DNA from: Flavobacteriales bacterium
GTDB taxonomy: Bacteria > Bacteroidota > Bacteroidia > Flavobacteriales_C > GCA-002722245
DNA: 64,000 nt
Assembly (NCBI GenBank): GCA_049430665.1
Contig: JBMTCG010000001.1
Span: 41,742 to 105,741 of the forward strand
Direction of reading: 5' to 3'
Shown here: positions 9,463 through 17,540 of the stretch, piece after piece
How the letters are laid out: each line of letters opens with the position of its first letter
Position numbering within the stretch: position 1 is the stretch's first letter
Notes under the pieces: model-generated
Told to the model about the DNA's origin: nothing
What the model saw: only the letters and a program-made list of their open reading frames with translations
The model's database searches: none
Made by a program: the position numbers and the translations under genes

Positions 9463-9753
9463 ATGAAAAAATCTCTAAAGACAAGTCAATCTAAGAAGCC
9501 ACGACGAATACTAAAGTCTGATGAGAGAAACGATTTCAACAAAAAAATAGGTGACTATATTCGTGAGAAGCGAGAAGAAGCGAAATTAACACAAACCCAA
9601 TTAGCGGATAAACTTTATGATGGTCAAATGGAACCCAAAGGAGTATGGAAAATAGAAAATGGCTTGTACACCCCTAATCTTTATGTTATTGCGGAAATAG
9701 CAAAGGTTTTTAATCTTTCGTTATCAGAATTCCTAAAAGATTTCAAGTATTAA
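9463..9753 (+). CDS. XRE-family helix-turn-helix transcriptional regulator
   Basis: The LTQTQLADKLYDGQ...VWKIENG segment is a classic Cro/C1-type HTH. It is a small, 96-aa protein. Confidence 0.65.
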   Translation: MKKSLKTSQSKKPRRILKSDERNDFNKKIGDYIREKREEAKLTQTQLADKLYDGQMEPKGVWKIENGLYTPNLYVIAEIAKVFNLSLSEFLKDFKY

Positions 9754-9857
9754 CACCTCATTATACTTCCCTTTTTACCCTTACCGCCTCCTTTAAGCCC
9801 CCCTATATCAAATAGCTAAAACAAAAAAACAAGCGCAATTACCGCGTTTATTACTAT

Positions 9858-10718
9858 GTGCTACCATGCAGCACAATATTCAAAGGCATTTATGTCCGAA
9901 TCGCCAGCAATTTTTTCGGTTTTCAATTTCACTTGTGTCATTTGACACATATCATAAATAAAGAAATTTTACTCGGAGAAGTCCCATTTGACACACTTTC
10001 ACCTTTTGGTCAGTATTTATATTCAAATAACAACTTGTATTACCGAAGGTGCGTCCAGATGAAAGCATACATGACAACAAAAGAATTTCTTGCGAAAGCA
10101 AATACCAGCAGGTCATCATTAATCAGATTAACAAAAGATTTAATGAAGAAAAAAGCTGAATGGAAAATAACTTATATCAAAGAAACAGCTAAAGGAAACT
10201 TGTTTCACCACTCATTACTTTCTCAATTCATTCCCGAATGGTGTTTAAATAAGTTAGTCGAATACGAAGAACATTTTGATGACATGAGAAATTTAGTAGC
10301 TGTATTGGAAGACTCCAATTCATTGCCATATATATTATATAAGATGAAATGGGATAGTTTCATTACGGTTGCTTATGCCAAAACTTATAAGCCGGAAAGA
10401 TGCTTTATCATGATGTCAGAAGTCGCCAACATACTAGAAGAAAAATGCGGGAAGGGAATCGAATTCCGTATGTTTTTTACTACAGAATCATTTTCCCATC
10501 GGGAAGGACACCACAATCATTTTTTCCTTCGGGTAGGAAACCATGAAAGAAGAGAATACGCATTAGATTTTATCAAGGATTACTTTGCTGGTGACCGAGT
10601 AGATATTAAATCATACGACCAAGAAAAAGCTGGCCTATTTTATATTGCCAAAAGTGGTTTGCAGGGAACCGAATGGGACATAAGAGGGAATAACTTAGGT
10701 AATGCCCAAACCAAATGA
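9858..10718 (+). CDS. hypothetical element protein with HUH-like motif (HHNHFFL) followed by Y..K residues; probable true start at ATG 10059
   Basis: The ORF track start of 9858 is probably too early: MKAYMTTKEF at 10059 follows a promoter-like region with TTTGACACA repeats. The His cluster plus downstream Tyr resembles rolling-circle Rep/relaxase HUH motifs, but only weakly. Confidence 0.35.
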   Translation: MLPCSTIFKGIYVRIASNFFGFQFHLCHLTHIINKEILLGEVPFDTLSPFGQYLYSNNNLYYRRCVQMKAYMTTKEFLAKANTSRSSLIRLTKDLMKKKAEWKITYIKETAKGNLFHHSLLSQFIPEWCLNKLVEYEEHFDDMRNLVAVLEDSNSLPYILYKMKWDSFITVAYAKTYKPERCFIMMSEVANILEEKCGKGIEFRMFFTTESFSHREGHHNHFFLRVGNHERREYALDFIKDYFAGDRVDIKSYDQEKAGLFYIAKSGLQGTEWDIRGNNLGNAQTK

Positions 10719-10848
10719 AAAAGGTAATACTAACCAAAAAGCAAATCTTAATGGTAATTAATGCTATGAAATCCGGTGAAATCAAAGTCCCAATTTATAT
10801 GAGCGGAGCTACTTTTAATGCTGTTTTCAATACTAAAAGCAACAAAAT

Positions 10849-10876
10849 GTTGTGTCCGCCGCAGGCGGATCACAAC
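10849..10876. terminator. GC-rich hairpin between convergent element genes (bidirectional terminator candidate)
   Basis: GTTGTGTCCGCC-GCAG-GCGGATCACAAC forms an 11-bp stem with one bulge. It has T-rich flanks on both strands and lies between the gene ends at 10718 and 10905. Confidence 0.4.
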
Positions 10877-10904
10877 ACCGTTTATTGATTATATCTCTGC
10901 AAAA

Positions 10905-11177
10905 TCAAATAGCGTTAAAATAGTATTCAATTGATTTTCGAGAATAATACCAAGCACCATTTAGCTTCTTTGATTTAATTTTTTGATTAACTCTTAAAGA
11001 CTTTAGCGTGTTCGCGGAGCAACTTAAAATCTCACGAGCTTCACCACCTTTTACCCATTCCTTATTATTAGTTTGTGTTTTTTCGGACAACATTTGTCCG
11101 ATTTCGTGTAAGAGTTCTGTTTTTAAACTGCGGATGATTAATTGTAAATCGTCATGTGATACTAAATTTAGGTTCAT
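10905..11177 (-). CDS. excisionase-family (MerR-like HTH_17) DNA-binding protein
   Basis: The C-terminal segment EWVKGGEAREILSCSANTLKSLRVNQKIKSKKLNGAWYYSRKSIEYYF matches the excisionase/HTH_17 pattern. It lies immediately upstream of the integrase on the same strand. Confidence 0.55.
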   Translation of the reverse strand: MNLNLVSHDDLQLIIRSLKTELLHEIGQMLSEKTQTNNKEWVKGGEAREILSCSANTLKSLRVNQKIKSKKLNGAWYYSRKSIEYYFNAI

Positions 11178-11213
11178 TATTCATGTTGTTTAACCTATTG
11201 TTATTGTGGGTGG

Positions 11214-12611
11214 CTATGAAGCCAGTTTTATGATTTTAATTTTTTTGGAGAGGGCTTTTCCTTTTTTCAATTTCTTTTCAAGTTGCGCCATATCATTTTG
11301 AATTTTGGCATTACCAATTTTGGCATATATTTTTGTTGTCTTTAAATCCCTATGTGACAAAATTTCGCTTACTGTTTCAATAGGGACGCCATTTGCTAAA
11401 GCAACAGTTGTCGCAAATTTGTGACGTGCTGCGTGGTAACTTATTTCTTTGTTGATACCACATAAAGCTGCGATTTTCTTTAAATAATCATTGGTGGTTT
11501 GGTGACTATAAATTGGAAATATTTTATTCTTTTCGATAGAAATAGGGTGATTTTTATACTTCTCTACAATTCGTTTTGCTTCAGGGAGTAATGGCAAATT
11601 AATCTTCTCGTCTGTTTTTTTTCGATTGGTTACAATCCAGTATTTACCATCAATTCCACGTATTATTTCACTACTTTGAAGTTTACTAACATCTGCGAAT
11701 GCTAATGCTGTATAGCACGAAAACACGAATACATCACGAACAAGCGAAAGGCTTGGATTACTCAAATTTTCTTGTTCTAATTTTAGTAACTCTTCAGAAT
11801 TTAAAAAAGGACGTTGGGTGTCTTTGAAAACACCATTCCAATGTTCTGACAAATTATTGTTGAGCCATTTATTTCTATACGCCATACTAAGTATTTTCTT
11901 TAAGGCTTTACAATACCCTATGGCAGTGTTAAACTGGTGTTTGTATTCTGTTCTTAAAAAGTATTCAAAATCGCCAATGATAGTTGTAGAAAGGTCATTT
12001 AAAGCAATATCCTTAGTAAGGAAACGAAAAGAAATAAAGGCTTTAAGCATACGCAAGGCTATTTCATGTTTTTCAAGTCGTGATTCGGAAACCTTGCCAA
12101 TGCTTACCTGTTCTTTGAAATCTTTATTATGTAATTCGTATGCTTCTATTAAGGTATATTGTTTTTCACCAATGCCTTTTAGCAGATTTACAATCATTTC
12201 GGGAGTAGCCGTTTTTCCAGCCAATTGTAAAGTATTATAATGCTTTCGCACCTCATTAGATTTACTAGACAAAAAGCAATTCAATATTTGAGCCTCTTCT
12301 TTATTGCCTTTAGCTTTTTGGGCTTTAGAATCCCACTGAGAAGGTAAAATCCATTGTTTAGTACTTAGGTCTGAACGATTGCCGTTAATTGTTATGCGCA
12401 AATAGATAGGCGTTGCGCCCGTTTGTCTGTTCTTCTTCGCACCGCGAAGGTAAAATAAGGTTGAAACCATTCTTTGAAACCATTTTTTTTCTTTGTTATT
12501 GTTTTTCATTAGTATAAACAATTTAAAATTAATAATCAAGTGCCTGTTGCAGATTTCTTGGAGAAATAGAAGAAAATAGGTGTCCCTGTTTTGCTGGGTT
12601 AATAAGGACAC
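11214..12611 (-). CDS. tyrosine-type site-specific integrase (probable true start ATG near 12509, MKNNNKEKKWF)
   Basis: The N-terminus is Bacteroidota integrase-like (ATPIYLRITINGNRSDLSTKQW). The C-terminal catalytic region HAARHKFATT...LSHRDLKTTKIYAKI carries the RHR-Y-type catalytic residues. It sits next to tRNA-Asn. Confidence 0.8.
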   Translation of the reverse strand: MSLLTQQNRDTYFLLFLQEICNRHLIINFKLFILMKNNNKEKKWFQRMVSTLFYLRGAKKNRQTGATPIYLRITINGNRSDLSTKQWILPSQWDSKAQKAKGNKEEAQILNCFLSSKSNEVRKHYNTLQLAGKTATPEMIVNLLKGIGEKQYTLIEAYELHNKDFKEQVSIGKVSESRLEKHEIALRMLKAFISFRFLTKDIALNDLSTTIIGDFEYFLRTEYKHQFNTAIGYCKALKKILSMAYRNKWLNNNLSEHWNGVFKDTQRPFLNSEELLKLEQENLSNPSLSLVRDVFVFSCYTALAFADVSKLQSSEIIRGIDGKYWIVTNRKKTDEKINLPLLPEAKRIVEKYKNHPISIEKNKIFPIYSHQTTNDYLKKIAALCGINKEISYHAARHKFATTVALANGVPIETVSEILSHRDLKTTKIYAKIGNAKIQNDMAQLEKKLKKGKALSKKIKIIKLAS

Positions 12612-12660
12612 CGAAAAGGCACCCTACTTTTGATAGTTTTTGATGTTTTTTGCTGGGGTA

Positions 12661-12699
12661 TTAAAACAAAAAACCGTGCAACCTTCTATTGTTGCACGG
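12661..12699 (-). terminator. intrinsic terminator downstream of tRNA-Asn
   Basis: CCGTGCAAC-CTTCTATT-GTTGCACGG is a 9-bp stem. On the minus strand it is followed by a U-run (complement of AAAAAACAAAA at 12661-12673). Confidence 0.55.
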
Positions 12700-12727
12700 C
12701 TTTGACCACATTTGCTCTCTGGTCTTG

Positions 12728-12801
12728 CTCTCCCTCTTGGACTTGAACCAAGGACCCTCTGATTAACAGTCAGATGCTCTAACCAGCTGAGCTAAGGAAG
12801 A
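12728..12801 (-). tRNA. tRNA-Asn (anticodon GTT)
   Basis: Manual fold of the minus strand gives acceptor TCTTCCT/AGGGAGA (one G-U pair), D-arm GCTC-AGCTGGTTA-GAGC, anticodon arm TCTGA-CTGTTAA-TCAGA (GTT), variable loop GGGTC, T-arm CTTGG-TTCAAGT-CCAAG and discriminator G. CCA is not encoded. A 5' UCC start occurs in E. coli tRNA-Asn too. Confidence 0.8.
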
Positions 12802-12890
12802 ATGGTTTTCCGAAAAACGGAGTGCAATAATAGTTCAAAGTTTGGAATTATGCAATATATTAGCGCCTACAAACGCAAAAAAAATTTATC

Positions 12891-13820
12891 ATGAGCTTAG
12901 TTATCGTTGGAACAGTAGCATTTGACGCTATAGAAACCCCTTTTGGAAAAACAGACAAAATCGTTGGTGGATCAGCTACTTACGTGGGTTTGTCGGCTGC
13001 AAAACTCGGACAAAAACCAAAATTAATTGCAGTGGTTGGAGATGATTTTCCGAAGACTGCCATTGATATGTTGAAGCAAAATAATTTCGATTTAGAAGGT
13101 TTAGAAATCAAAAAAGGAGAAAAAACTTTCTTCTGGTCGGGTAAATATCATTTCGACATGAACTCTCGCGATACTTTGGTTACTGAATTAAATGTGTTGG
13201 CTGGTTTCGACCCTGAAATGCCCGCTTCTTACCAAGATTGCGAATACTTAATGTTGGGAAATTTAGCTCCTGCCATTCAACAAAAAGTGATTAAAAGCAT
13301 GACTAAGCGTCCGAAATTAATCGTTATGGATACCATGAACTTTTGGATGGACATCGCATTAGAAGAGTTGAAACAAACTATTTCTATGGTAGATGTGGTT
13401 ACAGTAAACGACGAAGAAGCGCGCCAATTAACAGGCGAATATTCATTGATTAATGCGGCACACAAAATATTAACCATGGGTCCTAAATACCTTATCATTA
13501 AAAAAGGTGAGCACGGCGCATTATTGTTCGATAAAGAAAGAATGTTCTTCGCTCCTGCCCTTCCATTGGCCGATGTAGTTGACCCTACTGGTGCTGGTGA
13601 TACTTTTGCTGGTGGATTCATTGGCTATATCGCTAAAACGGGTGATATTTCTTTCGATAATTTCAAACGTGCCGTAATTCACGGTTCGGCTTTGGCGTCT
13701 TTCTGTGTGCAAGATTTTGGAACTAAAAGAATGGAAACGTTAACTTACAGTGAAGTTCGCGATAGAATAGATAAGTTTGTGAGCCTAACAAGATTTGAAT
13801 TAGAAGCAGTAGCTTATTAA
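12891..13820 (+). CDS. PfkB-family carbohydrate kinase (ribokinase-like)
   Basis: The DPTGAGDTFAGGF motif is the PfkB signature 2. Size is about 309 aa. Confidence 0.7.
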   Translation: MSLVIVGTVAFDAIETPFGKTDKIVGGSATYVGLSAAKLGQKPKLIAVVGDDFPKTAIDMLKQNNFDLEGLEIKKGEKTFFWSGKYHFDMNSRDTLVTELNVLAGFDPEMPASYQDCEYLMLGNLAPAIQQKVIKSMTKRPKLIVMDTMNFWMDIALEELKQTISMVDVVTVNDEEARQLTGEYSLINAAHKILTMGPKYLIIKKGEHGALLFDKERMFFAPALPLADVVDPTGAGDTFAGGFIGYIAKTGDISFDNFKRAVIHGSALASFCVQDFGTKRMETLTYSEVRDRIDKFVSLTRFELEAVAY

Positions 13821-13885
13821 TCAAGAATCATAAAATGAAAAGCCCCAAGTATTAAAATACTTGGGGCTTTTTCTATTTTAGCAAG

Positions 13886-14866
13886 ATGATGAACATTAGC
13901 CTTGAAGAAAAAACATTAGAACTAAAATTCACTTGGAAGATAGCACGCAACGCATCTGATTTTAAAAGGAATTTTTTTGTAAAAGTAAGCGATGGCGACT
14001 ATCACGCTATGGGAGAAGCAGCGCCCAACGTGCGCTACGGAGAAAGTGCCGAATTAATTATTACCCAATTTCAAGAACTTATGAGCGCTGGCTTATCTGC
14101 TATTAAAAATGTGGAAATGCTGCATGCTCTCTTTCAAAAAATTACAACATGCAATTCTTTACGCTTTGGTATCGAATCGGCTTTCGTTAATTATTGGAGT
14201 AAAAATGAAGTTGAACAATACTTGGCCATTCCTAAAGCCAAAGAAATATTTACGGCCTTTACCATGCCTATTATGCCCATTGGGGAAATGTGCGATTTTT
14301 ATAAAAAGCACGATTTGCAGCGTTTCAAATATGTAAAACTTAAAATCAATGCCGAAAATGGTGTAGATGCCTTGAAAGAAATCTCTAAAGTATCCAAACA
14401 AGAAATCATGATTGATGGAAATGAGGCATTTCAAAATCCCGACGAAGTACTTAAATACATTGAATTCATTGAGAAATACCCTATCGCCTTTTTAGAACAG
14501 CCCATGCCTTCATCAAAAGTTGAGGAATACAAGCAGCTAAAACCCAAAAGCTCCGTCTTGTTGATGGGCGACGAATCTATAACCGATAACCCCGATATGG
14601 ATTCCATTGCACAACAGTTTCACGGTGTAAACATGAAATTACAGAAAGCAGGAGGTTATATCAATGGTTTGCGCATTATTAATGAGGCTAGAAAAAGAAA
14701 TTTAAAAACCATGATAGGTTGTATGGTAGAAACAAGTATGGGTATTGGCAGCGCGATGCACCTTTGCGCGAATATTGATTTTATTGACCTCGACGGATTT
14801 TTAATTTTAAAAGAAGAACCATTTCAGCGCATTAAAGAGCGTAATGGAAATTTATCTTTCCAATAG
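13886..14866 (+). CDS. enolase-superfamily dipeptide epimerase (L-Ala-D/L-Glu epimerase-like)
   Basis: KLKI..., IDGNEAF and FLEQP metal-ligand region motifs of the MR/MLE subgroup. Size is about 326 aa. Confidence 0.6.
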   Translation: MMNISLEEKTLELKFTWKIARNASDFKRNFFVKVSDGDYHAMGEAAPNVRYGESAELIITQFQELMSAGLSAIKNVEMLHALFQKITTCNSLRFGIESAFVNYWSKNEVEQYLAIPKAKEIFTAFTMPIMPIGEMCDFYKKHDLQRFKYVKLKINAENGVDALKEISKVSKQEIMIDGNEAFQNPDEVLKYIEFIEKYPIAFLEQPMPSSKVEEYKQLKPKSSVLLMGDESITDNPDMDSIAQQFHGVNMKLQKAGGYINGLRIINEARKRNLKTMIGCMVETSMGIGSAMHLCANIDFIDLDGFLILKEEPFQRIKERNGNLSFQ

Positions 14867-14920
14867 AAGTAACTATTTCAATTTTTGTAGCTCTTAGCTA
14901 TAAGAACAAAAAAATATACT

Positions 14921-15430
14921 ATGAAAACGAAAATAAAAGTATTGCTTCTCTTCATCTTTATTGGCTTAGGGGTGAATGCTCAAAAAAACATCATAAAAAT
15001 GCATACAGGAAACTTCTTTCCATCGCGTTTTAAATTCCAATACGAAAGAAAATTAAGCGAGAAATTAAGCGCTGGCGCAATTGGCTCTTTTTTCATGAAC
15101 AACTACTTGGGTTATCGCATTGAGCCTTATGCAAGATTTTATTTGGGATCGAAATCAACCAGCTTCAACGGCGTATTTTTTCAATTGAAAGGACATTATA
15201 CCTATGTAACCGATAAGAGTCCGGAAAGAGAAATCATCGATGAATACGGCTCATCAATGTGCTTGGGTTATGAAGCGGTGAGCTCGTCTTCGGGCTTAAC
15301 TTTCGACTTTTTTATTGGTCCGCGATTCTCGCAACTAGCCTACAAATCTATTTCTGAATCAACAGAATTATTCAAGATCCTTTACTGCTTACCTGTAGAT
15401 ATGGGTATTTCGGTAGGTTATGCATTTTAA
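14921..15430 (+). CDS. small outer-membrane beta-barrel-like protein, hypothetical
   Basis: Signal peptide. Alternating aromatic/hydrophobic strands and a C-terminal aromatic residue (…VGYAF). Confidence 0.4.
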   Translation: MKTKIKVLLLFIFIGLGVNAQKNIIKMHTGNFFPSRFKFQYERKLSEKLSAGAIGSFFMNNYLGYRIEPYARFYLGSKSTSFNGVFFQLKGHYTYVTDKSPEREIIDEYGSSMCLGYEAVSSSSGLTFDFFIGPRFSQLAYKSISESTELFKILYCLPVDMGISVGYAF

Positions 15431-15486
15431 TTCCTGCATCTGTAACTTATCATCGAGAAAACGCTCTTACAGTTAAACAAGAATGC

Positions 15487-16254
15487 ATGAAAAATTTAAA
15501 ATTCAACTTTCTGCTATCATTTTTCTTGCTGCTAATAAGCGCGTCAAATGGGCAATTTAAGCTTGATATATTTGGCGGCGCTGCTCTACCAGGAAAAGAA
15601 TTAAGTCAATTGAATTTTCCTAAAATTGGGGCAGGCTACAGAGTGGGTTTACATTACAGTTTTTTTAGTGAACATAAACTGCGCTTAGATGCTGGAATCG
15701 ACTTTAATTATATTGTATGCGGAGATAAAAAATACCGATTTGGTGGAGACAAAGATTACTTTTACAACTTGGCATTAACTGCAAATGCAGATGCCCGACT
15801 GGTGCTAAACACAAAAACAATTAAACCATATATTGGTGTGGGTTATGGGGCTTTAGGTACATCAGTAAACGAGAAATTCTACAATTCCAAAACCGCAAAC
15901 ACAACTACAAGTGAGGTGATTACCAACATCACTACTTGGAACAACACCATAGCTGTTGGGTTTCTTATAGAATTAACCGAAGATGTAGAGTTAGATTTTG
16001 GCATTACGCATTTCAATGGAGGTAAAAATAGATTTGTTGATTTCGATTCGGTAAAAACCGACAACAACTATGTGTACATAACTCCTAAAACATCATCTAT
16101 TTTCGATTTGTATTTTCTACACCTTGGTTTTATTTTCACGTTGCATCGCGATTACAACGGTTCAAGTAACTTTCAAGGCGGAAGCTCGATACGAAGTAGT
16201 GTTGGCAGTATAAATACGGGGAAAAGTCACAGATACAGAGGGCCACAAAGATAA
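15487..16254 (+). CDS. outer-membrane beta-barrel (porin-family) protein, hypothetical
   Basis: Signal peptide and beta-strand periodicity. It is a paralog-like neighbour of the previous gene. Confidence 0.4.
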   Translation: MKNLKFNFLLSFFLLLISASNGQFKLDIFGGAALPGKELSQLNFPKIGAGYRVGLHYSFFSEHKLRLDAGIDFNYIVCGDKKYRFGGDKDYFYNLALTANADARLVLNTKTIKPYIGVGYGALGTSVNEKFYNSKTANTTTSEVITNITTWNNTIAVGFLIELTEDVELDFGITHFNGGKNRFVDFDSVKTDNNYVYITPKTSSIFDLYFLHLGFIFTLHRDYNGSSNFQGGSSIRSSVGSINTGKSHRYRGPQR

Positions 16255-16335
16255 TATTGATTATAAACGTTCTTTAAATCGGCATTTTTAAGTTTTCATT
16301 TGTAAATTGCAGCATGAAAGTGAAATCGAAGTAAA

Positions 16336-16818
16336 TTGGACACCAGTAAGTATAACGACATTGTTAAAGAATATACAGCGCCACTGTATAAATTCTTGTA
16401 CAAATCAGTGCGTGATAAAGATGCGGTTAAAGATTTATTGCAAGACACTTTTGTCAAATTGTGGGAACACAAAGACAATGTTCAAATTGAAAAGGTGAAA
16501 TCGTGGCTATTTACTACGGCTTACCATTTTATGCTGAAATACTTAGAAAAGGATAAGCGCAATGTTCGCCAAGAGGAAGAAGTGGTGATACCCACAGCGC
16601 CCAACACCAATTATGAAGCAAAAGAATTGGTAGATATATTAATTAAAAAATTACCCGAAATACAACGCTCAATATTGTTGTTAAGGGATATGGAAGGATA
16701 CGACTATAAAGAGATTGGAGAAATACTTAAATTGAATGAATCGCAGGTGAAAGTTTATCTTTTTCGTGCGCGACAAAAACTAAGAGACGAACTAAAAGCA
16801 ATGAATGTAGATATATGA
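16336..16818 (+). CDS. RNA polymerase ECF-type sigma-70 factor
   Basis: Region 2 (LLQDTFVKLWE) and region 4 (LLLRDMEGYDYKEIGEILKLNESQVKVYLFRARQKLR). Confidence 0.8.
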   Translation: MDTSKYNDIVKEYTAPLYKFLYKSVRDKDAVKDLLQDTFVKLWEHKDNVQIEKVKSWLFTTAYHFMLKYLEKDKRNVRQEEEVVIPTAPNTNYEAKELVDILIKKLPEIQRSILLLRDMEGYDYKEIGEILKLNESQVKVYLFRARQKLRDELKAMNVDI

Positions 16819-17540
16819 TGCAGGAGATTACTCCATATAATTTTGATGAATTTCTTTTCGAATATTTCGAGGGAACGCTTAATGAAGTTGACAAGAAAAA
16901 ATTCTTAGCCTTTATTGAACAAATTCCTTCATATAAAAAAGATATGGAACTGTGGGGGCAATCAATAGTAGCCAGTGACAATATAGATGTGCCAGAAGGA
17001 TTAGAGAACCTATTTACAAGAAAAGAAAGCTTTTGGAAAAGTAGCAAAGGCAAATGGACTATGGGTGTTGTTGCCGTTGGTATCATAGCGGGCAGTGTTG
17101 CATTATATAATCTAAAAGAGACCACATCCACTACTCCAACACTTCCAAAACCCGAGCAAACTGAAATGAAAGCGTTGCAAAAAAATGAGCAAAACAACAC
17201 TCAACAATACTTCAATAGTACTAACGACAAAATAGAAAAAACTGCTTCGGCTACTATTCGCTCGGCAAATGATAATAATAAAATTCCTACAACTTCATTT
17301 ATAGGAAAAGCTAACCAAGAGGAAATAAAAGATGTACCGCATCTCTCTATTGAAAAAGATACAACACAACAAAATTTCAGTAATACAGATGGAGTTATTG
17401 GTAATGCTGAAATAGTAACGCCCTCAGATGGACCAAAAAAGCCCGTTGATCAGCCAGAAATAGAAATCGAAAAAAAGAAAAAAAACCTAGGTAAACCAAA
17501 GAACATCATTGATATGCGAAATAATTTGGAAGAGAATTAG
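16815..17540 (+). CDS. putative anti-sigma factor (single-pass membrane protein)
   Basis: It overlaps the sigma gene by 4 nt. The N-terminal roughly 70 aa form a cytoplasmic domain, followed by one TM helix (VVAVGIIAGSVALY) and a low-complexity extracytoplasmic tail. Confidence 0.5.
   Translation: MMQEITPYNFDEFLFEYFEGTLNEVDKKKFLAFIEQIPSYKKDMELWGQSIVASDNIDVPEGLENLFTRKESFWKSSKGKWTMGVVAVGIIAGSVALYNLKETTSTTPTLPKPEQTEMKALQKNEQNNTQQYFNSTNDKIEKTASATIRSANDNNKIPTTSFIGKANQEEIKDVPHLSIEKDTTQQNFSNTDGVIGNAEIVTPSDGPKKPVDQPEIEIEKKKKNLGKPKNIIDMRNNLEEN

Larger units (their letters stand above)
8011..12747. mobile_element. small integrative element inserted at the 3' end of tRNA-Asn (int, xis-like, HUH-motif protein, XRE repressor, T9SS LamG cargo), bounded by 22-bp direct repeats
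   Basis: TGCTCTCCCTCTTGGACTTGAA at 8011-8032 is identical to 12726-12747, which is the 3' end of the tRNA-Asn gene. The integrase gene lies next to the intact tRNA. The gene content is typical of an integrative element. Confidence 0.7.

Noticed and set aside
10740-10862. 40-codon ORF (MKSGEIKVPIYMSGATFNAVFNTKSNKMLCPPQADHNTVY) in the gap between the element's convergent genes
   Set aside because: It is too short, has no recognisable features, and its 3' end is formed by the terminator hairpin. It was kept only as a note.
12612-12727. Possibility that the integrase-tRNA spacer holds a second tRNA or att core
   Set aside because: Only the terminator hairpin CCGTGCAAC…GTTGCACGG is present. No cloverleaf could be folded. 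The att repeat lies inside and at the end of the tRNA itself, not in this spacer.
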